DNA of 63,946 nt, the filler included, from Collodictyon triciliatum (lineage: Eukaryota), in assembly GCA_043381765.1 (NCBI GenBank). It is 23 parts of 23 records of this genome, joined end to end, with 100 filler letters (N's around TTAATTAATTAA, not from the genome) between each part and the next. Parts side by side here need not be neighbours in the genome. Positions count along the whole stretch, not along the records: positions 61,270 to 63,946 come from JBHJMP010008460.1; 22 more parts are not named here. One strand, written 5' to 3'. Below the pieces are notes generated by a model, which ran no database searches, was not told the origin of the DNA, and was given only the letters and a program-made list of their open reading frames with translations. Position 1 is the stretch's first letter; each line of letters begins with the position of its first letter. A program made the translations under genes and the position numbers. This document shows, piece after piece, positions 63,750 to 63,946 of this stretch.

Positions 63750-63946
63750 AGCCACACAGAAATCATCCTATTCGGCCCCGCGGAATCCGGGGAATTCGCA
63801 TTGCTCTACTTGATGTCGATGGAAATTCCCCCAAATCACGCACTCAGATACCTGGGTATAATGTTTGGGAGCGGCTGCACAGAAAAGTGGGACAAGCTGG
63901 TCAACAATATCAAGTCCATAATCGCCTCTTGGAAAAGATTCCATCT
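63750..63946 (+). mobile_element. L1/Tx1-like RT C-terminal fragment (divergent family member)
   Basis: TEIILFG...PPNHALRYLGIMFGSGCTEKWDKLVNNIKSIIASWKRFH parallels the KYLG segment at 30693-30992. Confidence 0.8.

Overview
This window is not a contiguous locus. It is 23 short contigs (~2.68-2.73 kb, roughly sorted by decreasing length) joined by 100-nt artificial spacers (N44-TTAATTAATTAA-N44), and most contigs end in microsatellites. The DNA is from an intron-rich microbial eukaryote using the standard code and mostly GT-AG introns; it is probably flagellated. Recognisable, mostly partial genes: ARM-repeat protein, EML5/6-like WD40, LMW-PTP, TBC RabGAP, PAP2/AUR1-like phosphatase, LRR protein, HS2ST/UST-like sulfotransferase, NHL-repeat protein, UAP1, ASH-domain protein, RhoGAP, PEX12, SK/KCNN channel, TORTIFOLIA1-like protein and a claudin/amastin-like 4-TM protein. 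L1/Tx1-like LINE debris is common. The most interesting observations are: (1) a whole contig that reads as one intronless, AT-rich, virus-like gene of ~895 codons broken by stops and frameshifts; (2) an intact 591-aa gene carrying only the bipartite Tc1/IS630 DNA-binding domain, a Pax-like domestication candidate; (3) a retroposon family leaving TSD-flanked tail-only insertions of 24, 42 and 249 bp; (4) two LRR paralogs each followed by the same LINE RT segment; and (5) a >=2.2-kb composite repeat found twice. All family calls are by-eye motif recognition; no database searches were run.
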